NCBI GenBank assembly: GCA_977030845.1 | Contig: OZ365111.1 | Coordinates: forward strand, 20,646,001 to 20,710,000 | Reading direction: 5' to 3' | DNA from: Fimbriosthenelais zetlandica | Lineage: Eukaryota | Length of the DNA: 64,000 nt | Shown: positions 1 to 12,900 of the stretch, piece by piece | Position numbering within the stretch: the first letter of the stretch is position 1 | How the letters are laid out: each line of letters begins with the position of its first letter | The notes under the pieces: model-generated | What the model saw: the letters and a program-made list of their open reading frames with translations, nothing else | What the model was told of the DNA's origin: nothing | Databases searched by the model: none | Position numbers and translations under genes: made by a program

Positions 1-559
1 CTGATATTTTATTCTTTTCATAATATATCACAGTTGTGAATATAAAATATGTCTTCTTACATTAAATCAATAGACAGACAGAAGAACTAATATAATTATT
101 ATGCTCTTTGGCAATATGGAGTGCAGAATGAATGTTTTCTTTTTTCACTTTTACACCTATAGGCTTTTACACCAGTTTGCACTATATGGGAGCCAGGGGA
201 GTGTGAAGGCCGGGCGGATGAATACATAATAAGTATACCAGAGGGAAATAAGCCTCGTGTTTCATTTCCCCAGTTCCTGCATGTAAATGGCCGCATCAGG
301 CTGCAGCTATCTGACTCTAAAGCCAATACAGGCCTTCCATATTCTATCATGTGGTTTTGTGGTGAGGATGTATGATGGGACATCATATAATATCCGCTTC
401 TTTAGGCGGAGAGAGATACAGCAGACAGACTTAAAAGGCTCAAATGACATCATCAAATACACCGCGGTCTCTCTTATGATTTCAAATAGGCTTGACTAGA
501 GAGTAATTGGGTCCTTCAGAATTAAATAGAACATCATAGGAAGGTACATTAAGGAGAGA

Positions 560-1560
560 AGGGTGTATATATGGACTTAAGATCAAGGGTTTGGGATATA
601 AACGAAGGACTGCGGGAAGTGTATGGCAATGTATTGGCCTATGCGGAAATGGCTTTTCCAGGCCATCTGCCCTTCTGTTGGCGACAATGATTAATTGGCC
701 TGCCGATTGACTGATAATGCTACATAAGCCCTGAATGCATATTTTAAACATGCATGAGTGCATGCAGACTCTGACTCGACTGCATAATGGCATGCCCTAG
801 TTTCAAGGTGTACAATAAGAACTCTTGTTTCGTATTGTAGATATGTCAATAAACTCTCCTCCTCAATAATGATTAAGATGGGCCGAGTACATCGTTCTCT
901 ATATAACTGGCATGTTTTCACATGGTGCTGCTCTCGTCAAATCTATCAGATAATGAATCAAAATGAACATCTCTGCCATGAGGCCCTAAATTAATTACTC
1001 TCCCCTTACAGATCGATGGCTAGATCAATGCAATCAATTTGATACGGTGTGGGAAGCTTCCAAGTGGCGGAGATGTTTTTCCTATAACCACGTAATACCT
1101 TTTAACACACTTCATATCTCCATCTGTAATCATACAGCCGCAAGGACTCAGCCTTGACTTGCTATTGGTTGAATTGCCGAGTAAGATAGCTTATCAATTT
1201 GAAATGACAAAACCAATGCATTTTTGCATAAAAAGGTTCGTGCTTCCAATTTGGCAAAGCCATTGTTAGATACCTGCATGCGCTCAATATGGAATTGAAC
1301 ATGTTGTAAGTCAGGGAAATATGGAAGTTAAGACGGGAATAGAATAGGGATACAATGAAATGCAAACTGGGATCGGGATGCTTCCAACAATGCTTTTTCC
1401 GACTTGCTATTGTACGAGGCTTATTACTAGGTTATTGTAATCACTCCAATAAATTGAAACTGCAAAAACCTGATTCGATATGTGCACTTGATACTTTGAT
1501 GCACGAACAATAATCAAGGAGGTCCAATAATGTATTTGAAACATTCCAAATAATAGACTT
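560..1560 (-). mobile_element. Highly decayed tyrosine-recombinase-like remnant (DIRS/Ngaro-like)
   Basis: Fragments across frames: KVLRGYRK..KLP (cf. KKLLKGYKK..RLPIT), SHFRIG (cf. HSFRIG), a GRW and SFVYIP. There are many stops and frameshifts. Confidence 0.3.
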
Positions 1561-2174
1561 CGACGGCTCATCGATATATTTCATTATCTAAATGAGAAAG
1601 GGGCAGCAGAGGATGTAGAAGAGTATCTGTTCACTGCATTAAATATCACATATATGAATCAGGATTGCTAGTTTCTCATGTAGACCGATTATGGACAGAC
1701 GATTCTAATGAAGAAGAATTCATCGCCTGATAGTGGCTCGGACTTGCTTTGTTTTAGCATATACATCACCCCGCCTCCGTCCATAGAAGCCGATGGCAGG
1801 CCCTTTGATATGCATCATTTAATGTCATATGTAAGTCCACACTTGTTAAAACAATGAGTATACATTGTATGGTTAATAATTCATGCAATCACAATAATAA
1901 TTTATCAAGGAGGGGGAGGAAGGTTAGAGAAAAGGTCAATTTGGTCAATTTCCTCTGTAATTAGGAGGGAGAACAGTCAGGCTTTTGAAGGCATGGATCC
2001 AGCTGACTGCAGAACAGAACAGGGAAATTTGCCTGGGGCCAGACAGTGTCTTTGTTTGAGACTTTGACCTTTGCTTTCTAGGAAAGCAACAGACACCTGC
2101 CTGTTAAACCTGTTACTGACTTCCTATGATTCAGGGTTCTGTATGGGTTGGGTTTGGAGTACAGGCACAGCCTG

Positions 2175-2282
2175 AACCCATCTATTACCCTGATTAATCC
2201 ATATATTCCCCGGATTAAACCCATATATTAATCTGATTAAACCATATATATTTCCTTGATTAAATCCATCTATTCACCTGGT
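2175..2282. repeat. Degenerate ~21-22-bp minisatellite, about 5 units
   Basis: Repeated ccat(a/c)tatt..c.tgattaa(a/t) units. Confidence 0.75.
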
Positions 2283-5200
2283 TCATCACACACACCTATA
2301 AATATAGGCACATTCACATGGGACAAGGATCCAATTAGTAACAATGGATATATTTAGTATAATAGGATATACCTATTGATCGTAACTACCTCATTAACCA
2401 ACATTCAGGGGCCATGCCAGGTAACCAAAGAACCATAGAGCGTGGTCCCATTTTGACTGATCAATGCAAAAACACACTTGGCCATGCATCCATTGATTCC
2501 AGTCACTGCAGAACTAACCCCACTAACGTTACTGAAATTCATTCCAAACACTTTCTGGAAGTCCAATCGCTTCTTGAAATCGTTAAGGGCCATCCATTTC
2601 ATCATGTCCTGACATACCAAGAAGTGAAATCTGGTAAACCAGGAGCCGTTTTGTATGTAATTGTACTCTGCAATCTCAGCTAATTGACCAATAAAAACAC
2701 TCAGGAAGAAATGTTTCAGGTTTCCAGGTTTGGAGAAGCAATATAGACTTCCAGATTAGGAGAGTTATGGTGTAGCCTGCATATGGCCAGAGGACACTGT
2801 AGTCCGTGCCTCTGATTAGATCTTGCGGGCGCCAGGTGGTTGTTATTGCATACCTTTACATCATCCCACCAATGTAGATGAGGAGACACGTGGGAACTGT
2901 CGGTATGCTGCAAAACCTGATTACACACCATGCAGGAGACACTCTGGTAGCGGGTTACGTGTCAATAGATAACGCAATGCATTTCATTCAAGATTGACAA
3001 GGTCAACCAATAGGGGGCATATAGAGCGTGACCCAGTGGGCTCTCGCTGTTTGAGGTGGCAGAAATTCAAGAACTCCTTCAGGCAAAATGTAAGGGCTTT
3101 TATTGACTCGCGGCAAGACTGGGGTAATATGCACTGTTAGAAGGTTTGGTTAGAATCACTCCATGCATTTGGATGGTACTTCAACAGATGCATCAATTCA
3201 TTTCAGTTGAAATTCAGCAGATTAACTAGGTTGATTGCTGCTGAGCGATTCAATCCTGGCATTGAAAGCCAGGTATTTAGGTTGATTAATGGAGGGATCA
3301 ATTACTGATTGGTGGATGAAATCAGTCTGACAACAGTGGGATTCAACTACACATGTACGTCTAGAAATCACCTTGATTTCATTCATATTGTACTATCGAC
3401 ACTCAGGTATCCATTTCACTTAGTCAAAGAGACAAAGACCAGGATACCAAATCCAAATAGCATTCATATAAGATAAGACACTTCATGCAAAGGATGACTT
3501 CCATACAATCATGCTGCAGAGGATTTAGACGTGACCGAACATTCTACTAAACAAGAGTCATGAAAGGTGGCATGACTCAGACAAGACAAGGCTTGTGTCC
3601 GATTACTGATTCCCGTATGTCATAAGCAAGAGACACGAAGGATCGCTCAGTATGTGGACTCATGAACAGAGATGCCAATATCTTGAGGTCAAAAGGAAAA
3701 CGACATAATCATGTATGCAGCAAGAGATGTCATTGTTAGCATGAAATGAAATTATGAAACAAAAGTGTGGCTTTTTTTTGGCAGCCAGGCGCGCAAATTG
3801 GTATCACATTATGAAAGGGGGTCTTAGCTCTAGTGAGGTACATCAATGTTTTAATAGGCACAATGCAGAACTACTGTATGTACAGATTTGAATGAGAATG
3901 CTAAATGTTTGTTTTGGTGAATGCTGCAAGAAGGGTTTGTTTGTGGGTTGGTTTGAATGACACTAGATCAAATCACTACAATGCTTTGTCAAATACCATC
4001 TTCAACCGCATCAAGACACTGCATTTGCACAAAAGATTCAAAATCATCCCAAATGAGGTTTGATACGTAAATGAAGGCTAGAATATGTACACTCTTTTCC
4101 TTGATGGAAAATACACATGAACAAAACAAATGATAAGTACGTCTAAAAGGCACACAAAATGAGTGATACTGAAGATGAAAATGTAGGGCCTTAAATGAAA
4201 TGTAATATTATACACTGGCACACAAATTACAAATGGGAAACCCAGACAACGAAGTGTATATATACAAACTACTGTGAGCGGAAAAAAAGCCGAAGGGAAT
4301 GCTTGTAAGGAAGGATGTAATGAAATCCATAAAGTTTTCAGAGTTTGGCATCCCAGTTCATGTTGGCTTGATATAGCATACCCCTTTGTACCTGTCGCCT
4401 ATGGCTAGTAAGGCAACAGGAGAGTGGGAATGCACTGTGTTAACTACAGTTAAGAAGCATTTCACTTGGTTTAAATCTGGCATAATTGAAAAGATCATGC
4501 ACCACTATTGTTGAAAGCAAACTTAGTGACAGGAGATAATTATTATAATGCCACAAAGAAGAAGTGTGATGACAAAACTTCCAATCAATGAAGGGAACAT
4601 TGGAGTAACAGTGTTCAATGGATATTGGGTCAATATGTCAATTCGGTCGGATGACAACTGCATTTACCCTGCAAGAGTGAATTGCAACAGGGATTGGTTG
4701 GTTAACTTTTATTGATCTATTGGTCGACTTTCATTATGCATACCCAAGACTATGCAAATCAAGCTCAAATGCCAGCATAAAATAGTAGCAAATAAACTGA
4801 ACGAGGATGAACAGGAAACTTTTCTCACAGAAAGAAATACGACAAGTTTCGTTTGAAACTGGAGAGAACTTGCTGCAGGTAACATGTTATAGGCTTTTAA
4901 CATTCTCGATGGCGTGTGAAAATACAAGGAAAAGCGTATAGTACCACACCCTCCAATCATCTCCTAGGGGGAAGGACAGGGGTATAGAGAGTCCCTACAT
5001 GTGGGTCATGCAGAGAATAAGCAAACAGAAAATGGATTTGGTTGCCATGGAGATATGATCAACAGACTAAACGATGAGGGGGGTTATCGTGGCGTCCTCC
5101 CAGAAGAAGGAGAAGAAGGGGTGAAAAACGTGGATCCCTCCATTTGTTGTGATAAGCTTTTGCTGCAACTGCATAATAATCGACCAAATGCACGTTTCTT

Positions 5201-5345
5201 TGCCCAGACAAAAGAGTCTTGACCCTCTCAAAACCTGCCTTTGATATGTCATAGATCTATATAGGTTATTGCACCTCCATTATGCCATGAATGGTTGTCT
5301 TGACAAACCATCAGTAATCTGTGCCATACTGCTTATACCAGTCAA

Positions 5346-5404
5346 ATGAATGAATGAATGAATGAATGAATGAATCTGGCAAGAGTGAATGAATGAATGA
5401 ATGA
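5346..5404. repeat. (GAAT)n microsatellite
   Basis: Interrupted run of tgaa units. Confidence 0.85.
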
Positions 5405-5741
5405 ATCTAGCAATTATAAAAGTGAAATGTACATTAAAATCTGACATCTTGGAAAACTACTTTTCTGTCAACTTATCACGTTTCTATATCAAAGGCAGGG
5501 ATTATGAGAACACCATCCATAGCTGGCTGCAGCGACATGGACAAACCGCACGTAGAGAATATTCAAATTTAACAGATGAATTTCTCTGTATTTTCTTCAA
5601 AAAGGGCTGTGATACTTTTTCGGCTCTTGTTGCACAATCAGAGAGAATGCATTTCCAATGACATCCGGAATGGTCCAAAAGAGAATATTTCATACAGACA
5701 AAAAACAATGAATGAGGGAGAAAGAATGTAGCGTAACTTAC

Positions 5742-5861
5742 TTTGTTCGCCATACTTTGCAGGAAGCACATTCTGTTGCCGAAGCCTTCGGCAGCGAGGC
5801 ACACTCTCTCGCCATTGGTGTCTTTCGATGCTGTCGTACAGCTCAGACATATCATGTCCTC
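5742..5861 (-). CDS. RyR: Ryanodine receptor, second coding exon ([40 protein letters not shown]), start of the N-terminal beta-trefoil domain
   Basis: A 120-nt exon flanked by ttatttccaatttgcag| and |gtaagt, in phase 0 at both ends. It contains the RyR signature [14 protein letters not shown]. It appears inside track ORF 5502..5867(-). Confidence 0.97.
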
Positions 5862-6870
5862 CTGCAAATTGGAAATAATACAGAAATGAATGCTTAAACA
5901 AGTAATAAATGTACATATCTAATTTACACTGCAATACATCTTTCTGTCATGAACGCATTGTATACCAAATTCTATAGTTTTACTTTTTCCACTAATGCTA
6001 TATAATTCCCATTTTGCAATTTTGAAGTGATCTGTATTGCAATCTCACTCTTGTTCTCAGAAGAATGAAGACATTTTACAAGGCCTTAATTGCCTCTTCC
6101 CTTCATAACCGAGATCTAAAACTGCATCTCGTTGATTAATATTCTTTGAAATTCAAAATGACACTGGTTGCTCTAATGAGAAAGGCACTGGCAGTCAAGC
6201 ATTTACCAGGCTGAAGAAAAAGTGTGTCTTAGCATTAAAAATAAGTGCAAATGAACCAACCGGATAGGATCTATGGCTTAAGAACATTAATGAAAGAATA
6301 TCCCAGACTGTGCCTTCTAATTATGGGATATGGATGGAAGTTGAGCCTTCCTTTCCTCAGACAGATAGAGATAGAGATAAGTCTATATCCAAGTCCCAAT
6401 ATGGCACAGTCATTTTGTCAATCAAAACAACTCAGAAAGAAACACCTATTGATTGTCTTTCTATTTAATTTGTCTAATCTGGTAAAGTTAATGCCAGTTC
6501 TAGAGACACGTCCATAACCACATTATTTTAATAGGTCTTGTATAAATGGTTCACTTAATGTCTTATTCAATTAATTAGTTGGAGATGACATAATGCCGTC
6601 ATTCTGTTATAAATCAGATGTCAGATGGAACATATGGTTATATATATGAAATTGACAACCTGTGAATTTGTGGTCGATGAAGGCAAGCCAAGGTTATACC
6701 AACATCAGTCGAGAGATTCAATATACCCGACAATGCCTAAAATTATTCCCCAGGCATTGAAATAATCTGGGTTGGAATGCACTAAATTCCTGGGACGCCT
6801 CTATTTCATTGAGTCCTGAGAATTGATTTGTCCAAACGACCATTCACATGTCATGGCCTTGTACAGGATA

Positions 6871-6907
6871 TGACCTCACTTCCGGTGACCTTGAGAGGTC
6901 ATGACCT
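6871..6907. promoter_or_regulatory. Nuclear-receptor half-site cluster with an IR0 palindrome and an ETS core
   Basis: TGACCT-c-ACTTCCGG-TGACCT-tgag-AGGTCATGACCT. The last 12 nt (6896-6907) are a perfect IR0. Confidence 0.4.
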
Positions 6908-9900
6908 CAGGAGACAGTACAGGAAGCAATTGACAGATGAGGGGTGGTGTCAACAACTTTGTGACAGAACATGACTTTAACACTACAATATGATACAAGC
7001 ATGCATGGAAGCCAAGAAGGGAATTCCCAAGCTCTCTCCCTTTATTCATGGCTTCAAAAAAGTACATGATTTGATTAATGTCTCACTGCGTCTCAAGCAA
7101 TTACCATGAAGGCAATAAGCCACAGGAAAGAAAAAAGATCGTATTGCAACATATTATTATTCTTCATAGCGCCTGGTTTTGGATTGAAAAGGTGTCAGGC
7201 TGTTGTCTCTGGGGAGGGGCACTAATTGCCCATAGTGCCTTTCTGTTTTAAGGGACAAAGACCCATGGAGGCTTGCAGAGGTCAAAGGCAAATCTCCTGG
7301 GGAAATAGCTAATGGATTTCTTACACCCGTTTGTATTTTCCTCATGCGCAGTTCAACCATCCATAAATCATAAAGGATGGGTTCATTCAGGGCAAGTATG
7401 GAGCTCTCTGATTCCTTGTGTCTGTGTGTGCGATGCTTCAGGCTGTCTGCCATCAGATCTAAGCCGAGAGCAGACTGAGCGAGCCGATCGACCGGAAAAC
7501 GAGAGCAGCTCATCTTTTCTTAACCGATTTATTTCACCCATGCAAATCAAAACTAGACGCAGTGTTTATGTTGGAGATTTCTTACATCATCAGACGGATT
7601 TTAGAACTACGTAATCGTGACATTAGCTTTTTCAGAAGCTTGTCGCTGTGCACAGGATCTTCGTTCACTTTTTGTCTGAACTCTTTCACAAGAGGTTATA
7701 AGCTGTTTTATCGATCCTCTTTTCATTTGGCATTGTAGGACACTGCTTTAGCTTTCACCATTGAAAGTCCACCGTTTTTTCCAGTACACCATTGAAGGGA
7801 AGAGCTTAGTACTAGGGGGCTATAGGCAGTGCTGGGTTTTCATCCTAACATGAAAAGATCCCTCCTTACAGGATCCCTCAACCGAAAGTGCTGATTACCA
7901 TTCCTCCTCCCGCGGGTACACTCCCCCCCCTCCTTCCAACTCCCTAACCCCCTCCTTAACTGACAATTCGAGTACAGAAACCATGGCAACTTGCCTTAAA
8001 CTGGAGGAGGGTATTTACCCATTATTACATACAAGGACATTTACCAGTCTTACATACGAGTTTTACACCAGTAGACGCTTCCTATGAGGCATCAATGAAC
8101 CAAGGCAAACTTAAATTGCACTTACATGAATCAGCCTAGCCAAATGTCTTGATGATTTTATGTCACTTTGAAAGCTGCATTTGAAAATTTCAACGAGAAT
8201 ATCCTTTATTTGATCAGCTTAATCATTAAAATAATTTGTATGCAATACAATGAACATAAACTATGAAGGGGCTGTTTAAATGAGGTAAAATTTGGCGAAT
8301 TTCTGAAATATCAATTGACAAAAATTGGCATTATTGATTTTTTGCTTTTTCTACGGGGGAAAGTCGGCAAAAAATGACAATTCATATTACGGTTTCACGA
8401 CCATTCCCAGTATAGATTTTATGTTATTTGCAATGTGAGAAGGCATTTTGTCGTTACTGCATTAATTTTTATTAATTAAAATATATCGAATCCCGTTTCT
8501 CCATCTAACAGATAAGAGTTTTTTCAGTGGTGTACTCAGGGTGATGAATGCGTGGAAGCCCTCACTCAACACACATCACTCTATTGGACCAACAAGGCCA
8601 TGTGAGGCCAGTCAGGGCTGTGAACATATTTCAGCATCAAACGGATGACTGACTTCATCAGAGAAGGCACAGAGGCCTCGGGAACTAGGCTGACTGATGT
8701 GGGCAGGCCCTCGGCAGCGCATCAGCCACAAACAGCTGGATGTTACGCTTGTACTTAGGTTTATATAGGAGGGCCTTGTGAAACAAATTCCATCAGAGGT
8801 ATATATATATATACGAGGGTTCATTCCACCTGGCCCAACCAGCTGTGAAATAATGTAAGCCCACACTGAATATGCACAGGTTCAGAGGTAATATCAGTAA
8901 TATAGACATGGTCAGGGGCATTAGATTAGTCCCACCACTGCCTTGATGGGGTCCTTTATCTTTCTTTCCGAAAGATTGCGCAAGTATGTGCTGAATAGAT
9001 GGAAAACAAATAATAGTCTGGGGGTTGGATGGAGTCTGGTCATTGGAATATTATTTTTTGATATGCCTGATCATGCAGACCTTACATGAATGGCTTCAAA
9101 CCAGGCTCTTTTCATTGTCAGATAATCTTTTTTTTAAATAATTTTACTAGAAATGGGGGAAGCAATAGGTCAACAAAAATGTCTAATAAATAACAGAAAA
9201 AGGGGTGGTTCAAGTAGATTAAAGGATACACGCCATTCATTAGTACCTCATTAAAATCTTAGCACAAAACTCAATCTGCAACCAAATTCTATAGATGTGA
9301 AGTTTGGTAATTGAAATTCAAACTTCAAATTACCTCAAGAGAGAGGTTCTAATTAGTCAAGAGCTGTTGCTCCCATCCTCCATCCTGCTTCCTGTTCAAA
9401 CATTCTCAACATGCTCGACAGGTAAAACATCTTCCTTCGCTGCATGTCACATTGTTGTCTCTGGAGCACCTTTCAAATAATCGATTGGCCTATTAGAATT
9501 TTTGCAAACAAATTGAGAGCGAGCACTATGCATCATAGTTGGCTATTGCCCTGATTAAATGGGCCGAGTCTGTAGCATTGGATACACTCACTCATATTGC
9601 ATTGATTTCCGTAATTGGCAATTGAGGGATTTTGACAATGGGGGCGTCGCATAATAATCTCACGACCACATGTAGCTTCCAGAATATATCAAAATAATAA
9701 TATCTGTCATATTATAATAATGCATTCCAAATACGTTCTTGCCAGATTCTGCAAAACCTGTTCACTTGATAATCATGATTTGGGACTGCTTGCAGGATTA
9801 TGCAATAACCTCATTGATCAATCACACTCATCTGGTTGGATTCCACAAAGACAGGGATTTGGGATGGGGATTTAAAGACCTATCTACACTAATTGCTGAG

Positions 9901-12900
9901 CAGTCGATGATTCAATCGGCTTAGTGTCACCCACACCTAACACCTAGCTCTCTCACTTTTTCACTACAAGGATGCTGGGAACAAGACCAGGCGGTGGTGC
10001 GAACATGCCCTTACTGAGTTACAAAGGGACTGAGAGATCAGACTGAGAATGATCTGATCCAAGGCAGCAATGCTTTTAAATCCATCTCTTTGCTATCCTT
10101 CTGTGGAAGAAGACATCTTAGCCATATAAAAGGTCAGCGGAAAACCTACAATAAGATCATTCCTCTATCCCCTCAAGCTTCCCCTGAGGGATGTGGGGAA
10201 GTAAAGGTATTTGATTCCATCCTGTTCCCAATCTTCCCAATCTCAAATCCAAGTAATTGGGGGGAGAGAGAACAGGGAGGGTATGATGGTATAATGATTG
10301 CAGGACAGGAGGGATGTTTAGTACTTATAAGAATCTTATGAATGTGGAAATATGGAGAATATAATAATATGTTACACAAATCAACGCCATTCATGGTGGC
10401 ACCCATAGCCGGGCCGCCGGCGGCGGCTATGCCATAGGCCCTACTACCCATCTTGGCCGCGTGACAACACCCAAACAGAGAGGAGAGAAAGAAAACAATG
10501 GACTTACTATTTGTCACACTGCCAATGGAACCCTGTTTAATATAGGCCTAATCTTCTCCGTTGCTGTTGTTCCACTTGTTGTGATATAGTGAGAAACAAG
10601 CTTGTAAGCATTAGCTAACCGAGGCAGCCATGTGGGTTGATGCCGCCATCTTGTTTATTATTATGGTCATATATGGCTTAGCCGATCGCTTAACACATAG
10701 AAAATCTTTCCCGCCACATATGACACACGCCCAATGATAAAAAGCTATTGAAACAACATTCTCTTCCCTACTTTCACTATCAGAATAAATTATTCCCTCA
10801 TTTGTGACTCAAAGTGATAGCCTTGTAGTCAATGATAGGCCTATTACTCCTACTCTCGGTCCCACAGCTTTCCGACGCCATGTTTGGGTGGCAGGGTGGT
10901 AGCTATCAGGGTCTGCTTGCGTCACACATGGCGGGTATGATCTGACTTGATCATCCCAATGGTTTACTTGAAACAACTTGATAAATATTCTATTTTTTCC
11001 CCAAAAAAATATATTTCAGGATAAATAATTCAAGGCAAATCACTCAGGCAGTTCTTATATCACAGCTCAGATTTCTTATATTATTATATATACTAAGCTG
11101 TCATATCAATTACACTTGGCATAGAGAAGAACTGTTTGGGTGACAGACAAAGTATCAAAATGAAGAGATTACGATCAGGCTTTTCTCCTCTCCCTGTCAA
11201 GGCAGATATAAACCAGACTAATTTTGTAGCGATCAGAGCTGGGCCAATATAAAGCCATGCCAGGAAAATAGCTTTTGATGGATGATGGCTCGATAAACAC
11301 AGAGCCATAAGTGTCCCCCTCCAACCTGCAACCTTTCCACTTCAGATCTAGATTGATTATGTTAAGAGTCTTTAGGGTCACAGACCTGACTTCCCTAAAT
11401 GCTCCTGTCCTGATAGCATTTCCCATTAGTGAGCCATGATTCATGGTACGGTATAGGGAAAAGTGCAGGGACAAACAATTCATGCTACGACATGTCTATC
11501 TATAGGACTTCCCTATATAGATGTACACAATTCTTTTCTAAAAGTTTTTTTGCGATATTTTGATCAGAAATTGGCGTGTGCAATGCACTTCTGGGAATCT
11601 TTTATTAGATTGCGCAGGGTAGGCCTACATCAACTTTATTCTGAATTAATATTAGAATATTTAATAGATAATAAATAACTTTGTTTTCATGTTGTGTACC
11701 ACATGTGTGAGCAAACAAAAATTCAACAGACAGCATCTTTCCTGACTCCATATAACTTTCCTCTCGGCACTTGTCTCTGAATAAGTAATACACATCACTT
11801 TCAATACATGTATCCTCATGCCCTTGCTAGTATAGAATCTAGACGATGGGAGGGGTCGGTATAGACAGTATGTACATGAGATCCTTCACCACACCAGGGA
11901 CCATCTATCTCCGATGAGATTCTATTTCCAGACAGAGAGAAAGATACAGCGAGAGCGGGGCTGATACAAAAAAGCGCAGACTGCTGTCAGGCCAGTCAAC
12001 AGCAAGGTATGTCCTTGTTGTTTCGTATACCGTATATTAAACACCCCTCAAAACTAGAAGCGCAATACCTCGATCCTCCCCTCCCCCTCACCCCCCCCCC
12101 CCACCCCAAACCATCACTGGGTCAATGGCTGGCAGATGATTCATCCCCAGTGGCATCAAAAAACCTATCAAGAGGACAAAATATTGTTAGACGGCAATCA
12201 TAAGTATGCAATGGATGCAATTCCTTTTTGGTTGTAGCACAAAAGGTAGACACAGAACATAAAAGAGCTTTTGAAGAAGGAGGTGGTTGTGTTTGTGAGA
12301 TGGTGGCTGACGTCAGAGTAAAGAGCAGGTATAACATAGATATGCTAAACTCAATAATGTGAGCCCCTCTGACATTGCTGTAAGTACAGAGCCGTGCCAC
12401 ACATGGCTCCGATTTATTATAAGCGATGGTGCTGTACAGGGTATATAGCACCTTAGGCTGAGGAGAAGTAAAATTACGAGTGAATCAAATGTCATGTAAA
12501 ACGTGAAAATAATTTAGGAGGCAGGCACAAAGCAAAGGGTCCATACTCACTAAACAGTACCACTGTGCTGCATGGTGAAAAAAATAGGAACCAAACAACC
12601 GCCCCCCCCCCCCCCACCCCCACCCAGAAAAAATGACAGAATTTAGGTGCAGATGTAAATGCCAGTGTTATGTGCATCTTGACTTTTCGGCGATTTTCTC
12701 TTGGAAACTAAAAACACCCAAACAGACGAATAACAGACGAATTCGCTTGTCAGAAAATTATACCATGAAATATATCTATCTTCATAGAGTTTCTGGATTG
12801 GAAGCTAGAGCACAGAGGTCAGAATATCTGGTGGAGGCAGAGCCAACCACGCCTGAAGGAATATGATGCAGAAAGAATAATTGGGCTTCCACCCCTATCA

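Larger units (their letters stand above)
1..5741 (-). other. RyR: 5' part of RyR intron 2 (continues beyond the window start)
   Basis: Begins at the gtaagt donor at 5741-5736. I found no sequence encoding the expected next peptide (NVPPDL...EQALSVRALQE-like) in 1-5741. Confidence 0.75.

Noticed and set aside
2600-3400. Possible APE-endonuclease relic (AYLYIIPP, LVAG, RLING)
   Set aside because: Scattered three- to four-residue resemblances with many stops; too weak to annotate.
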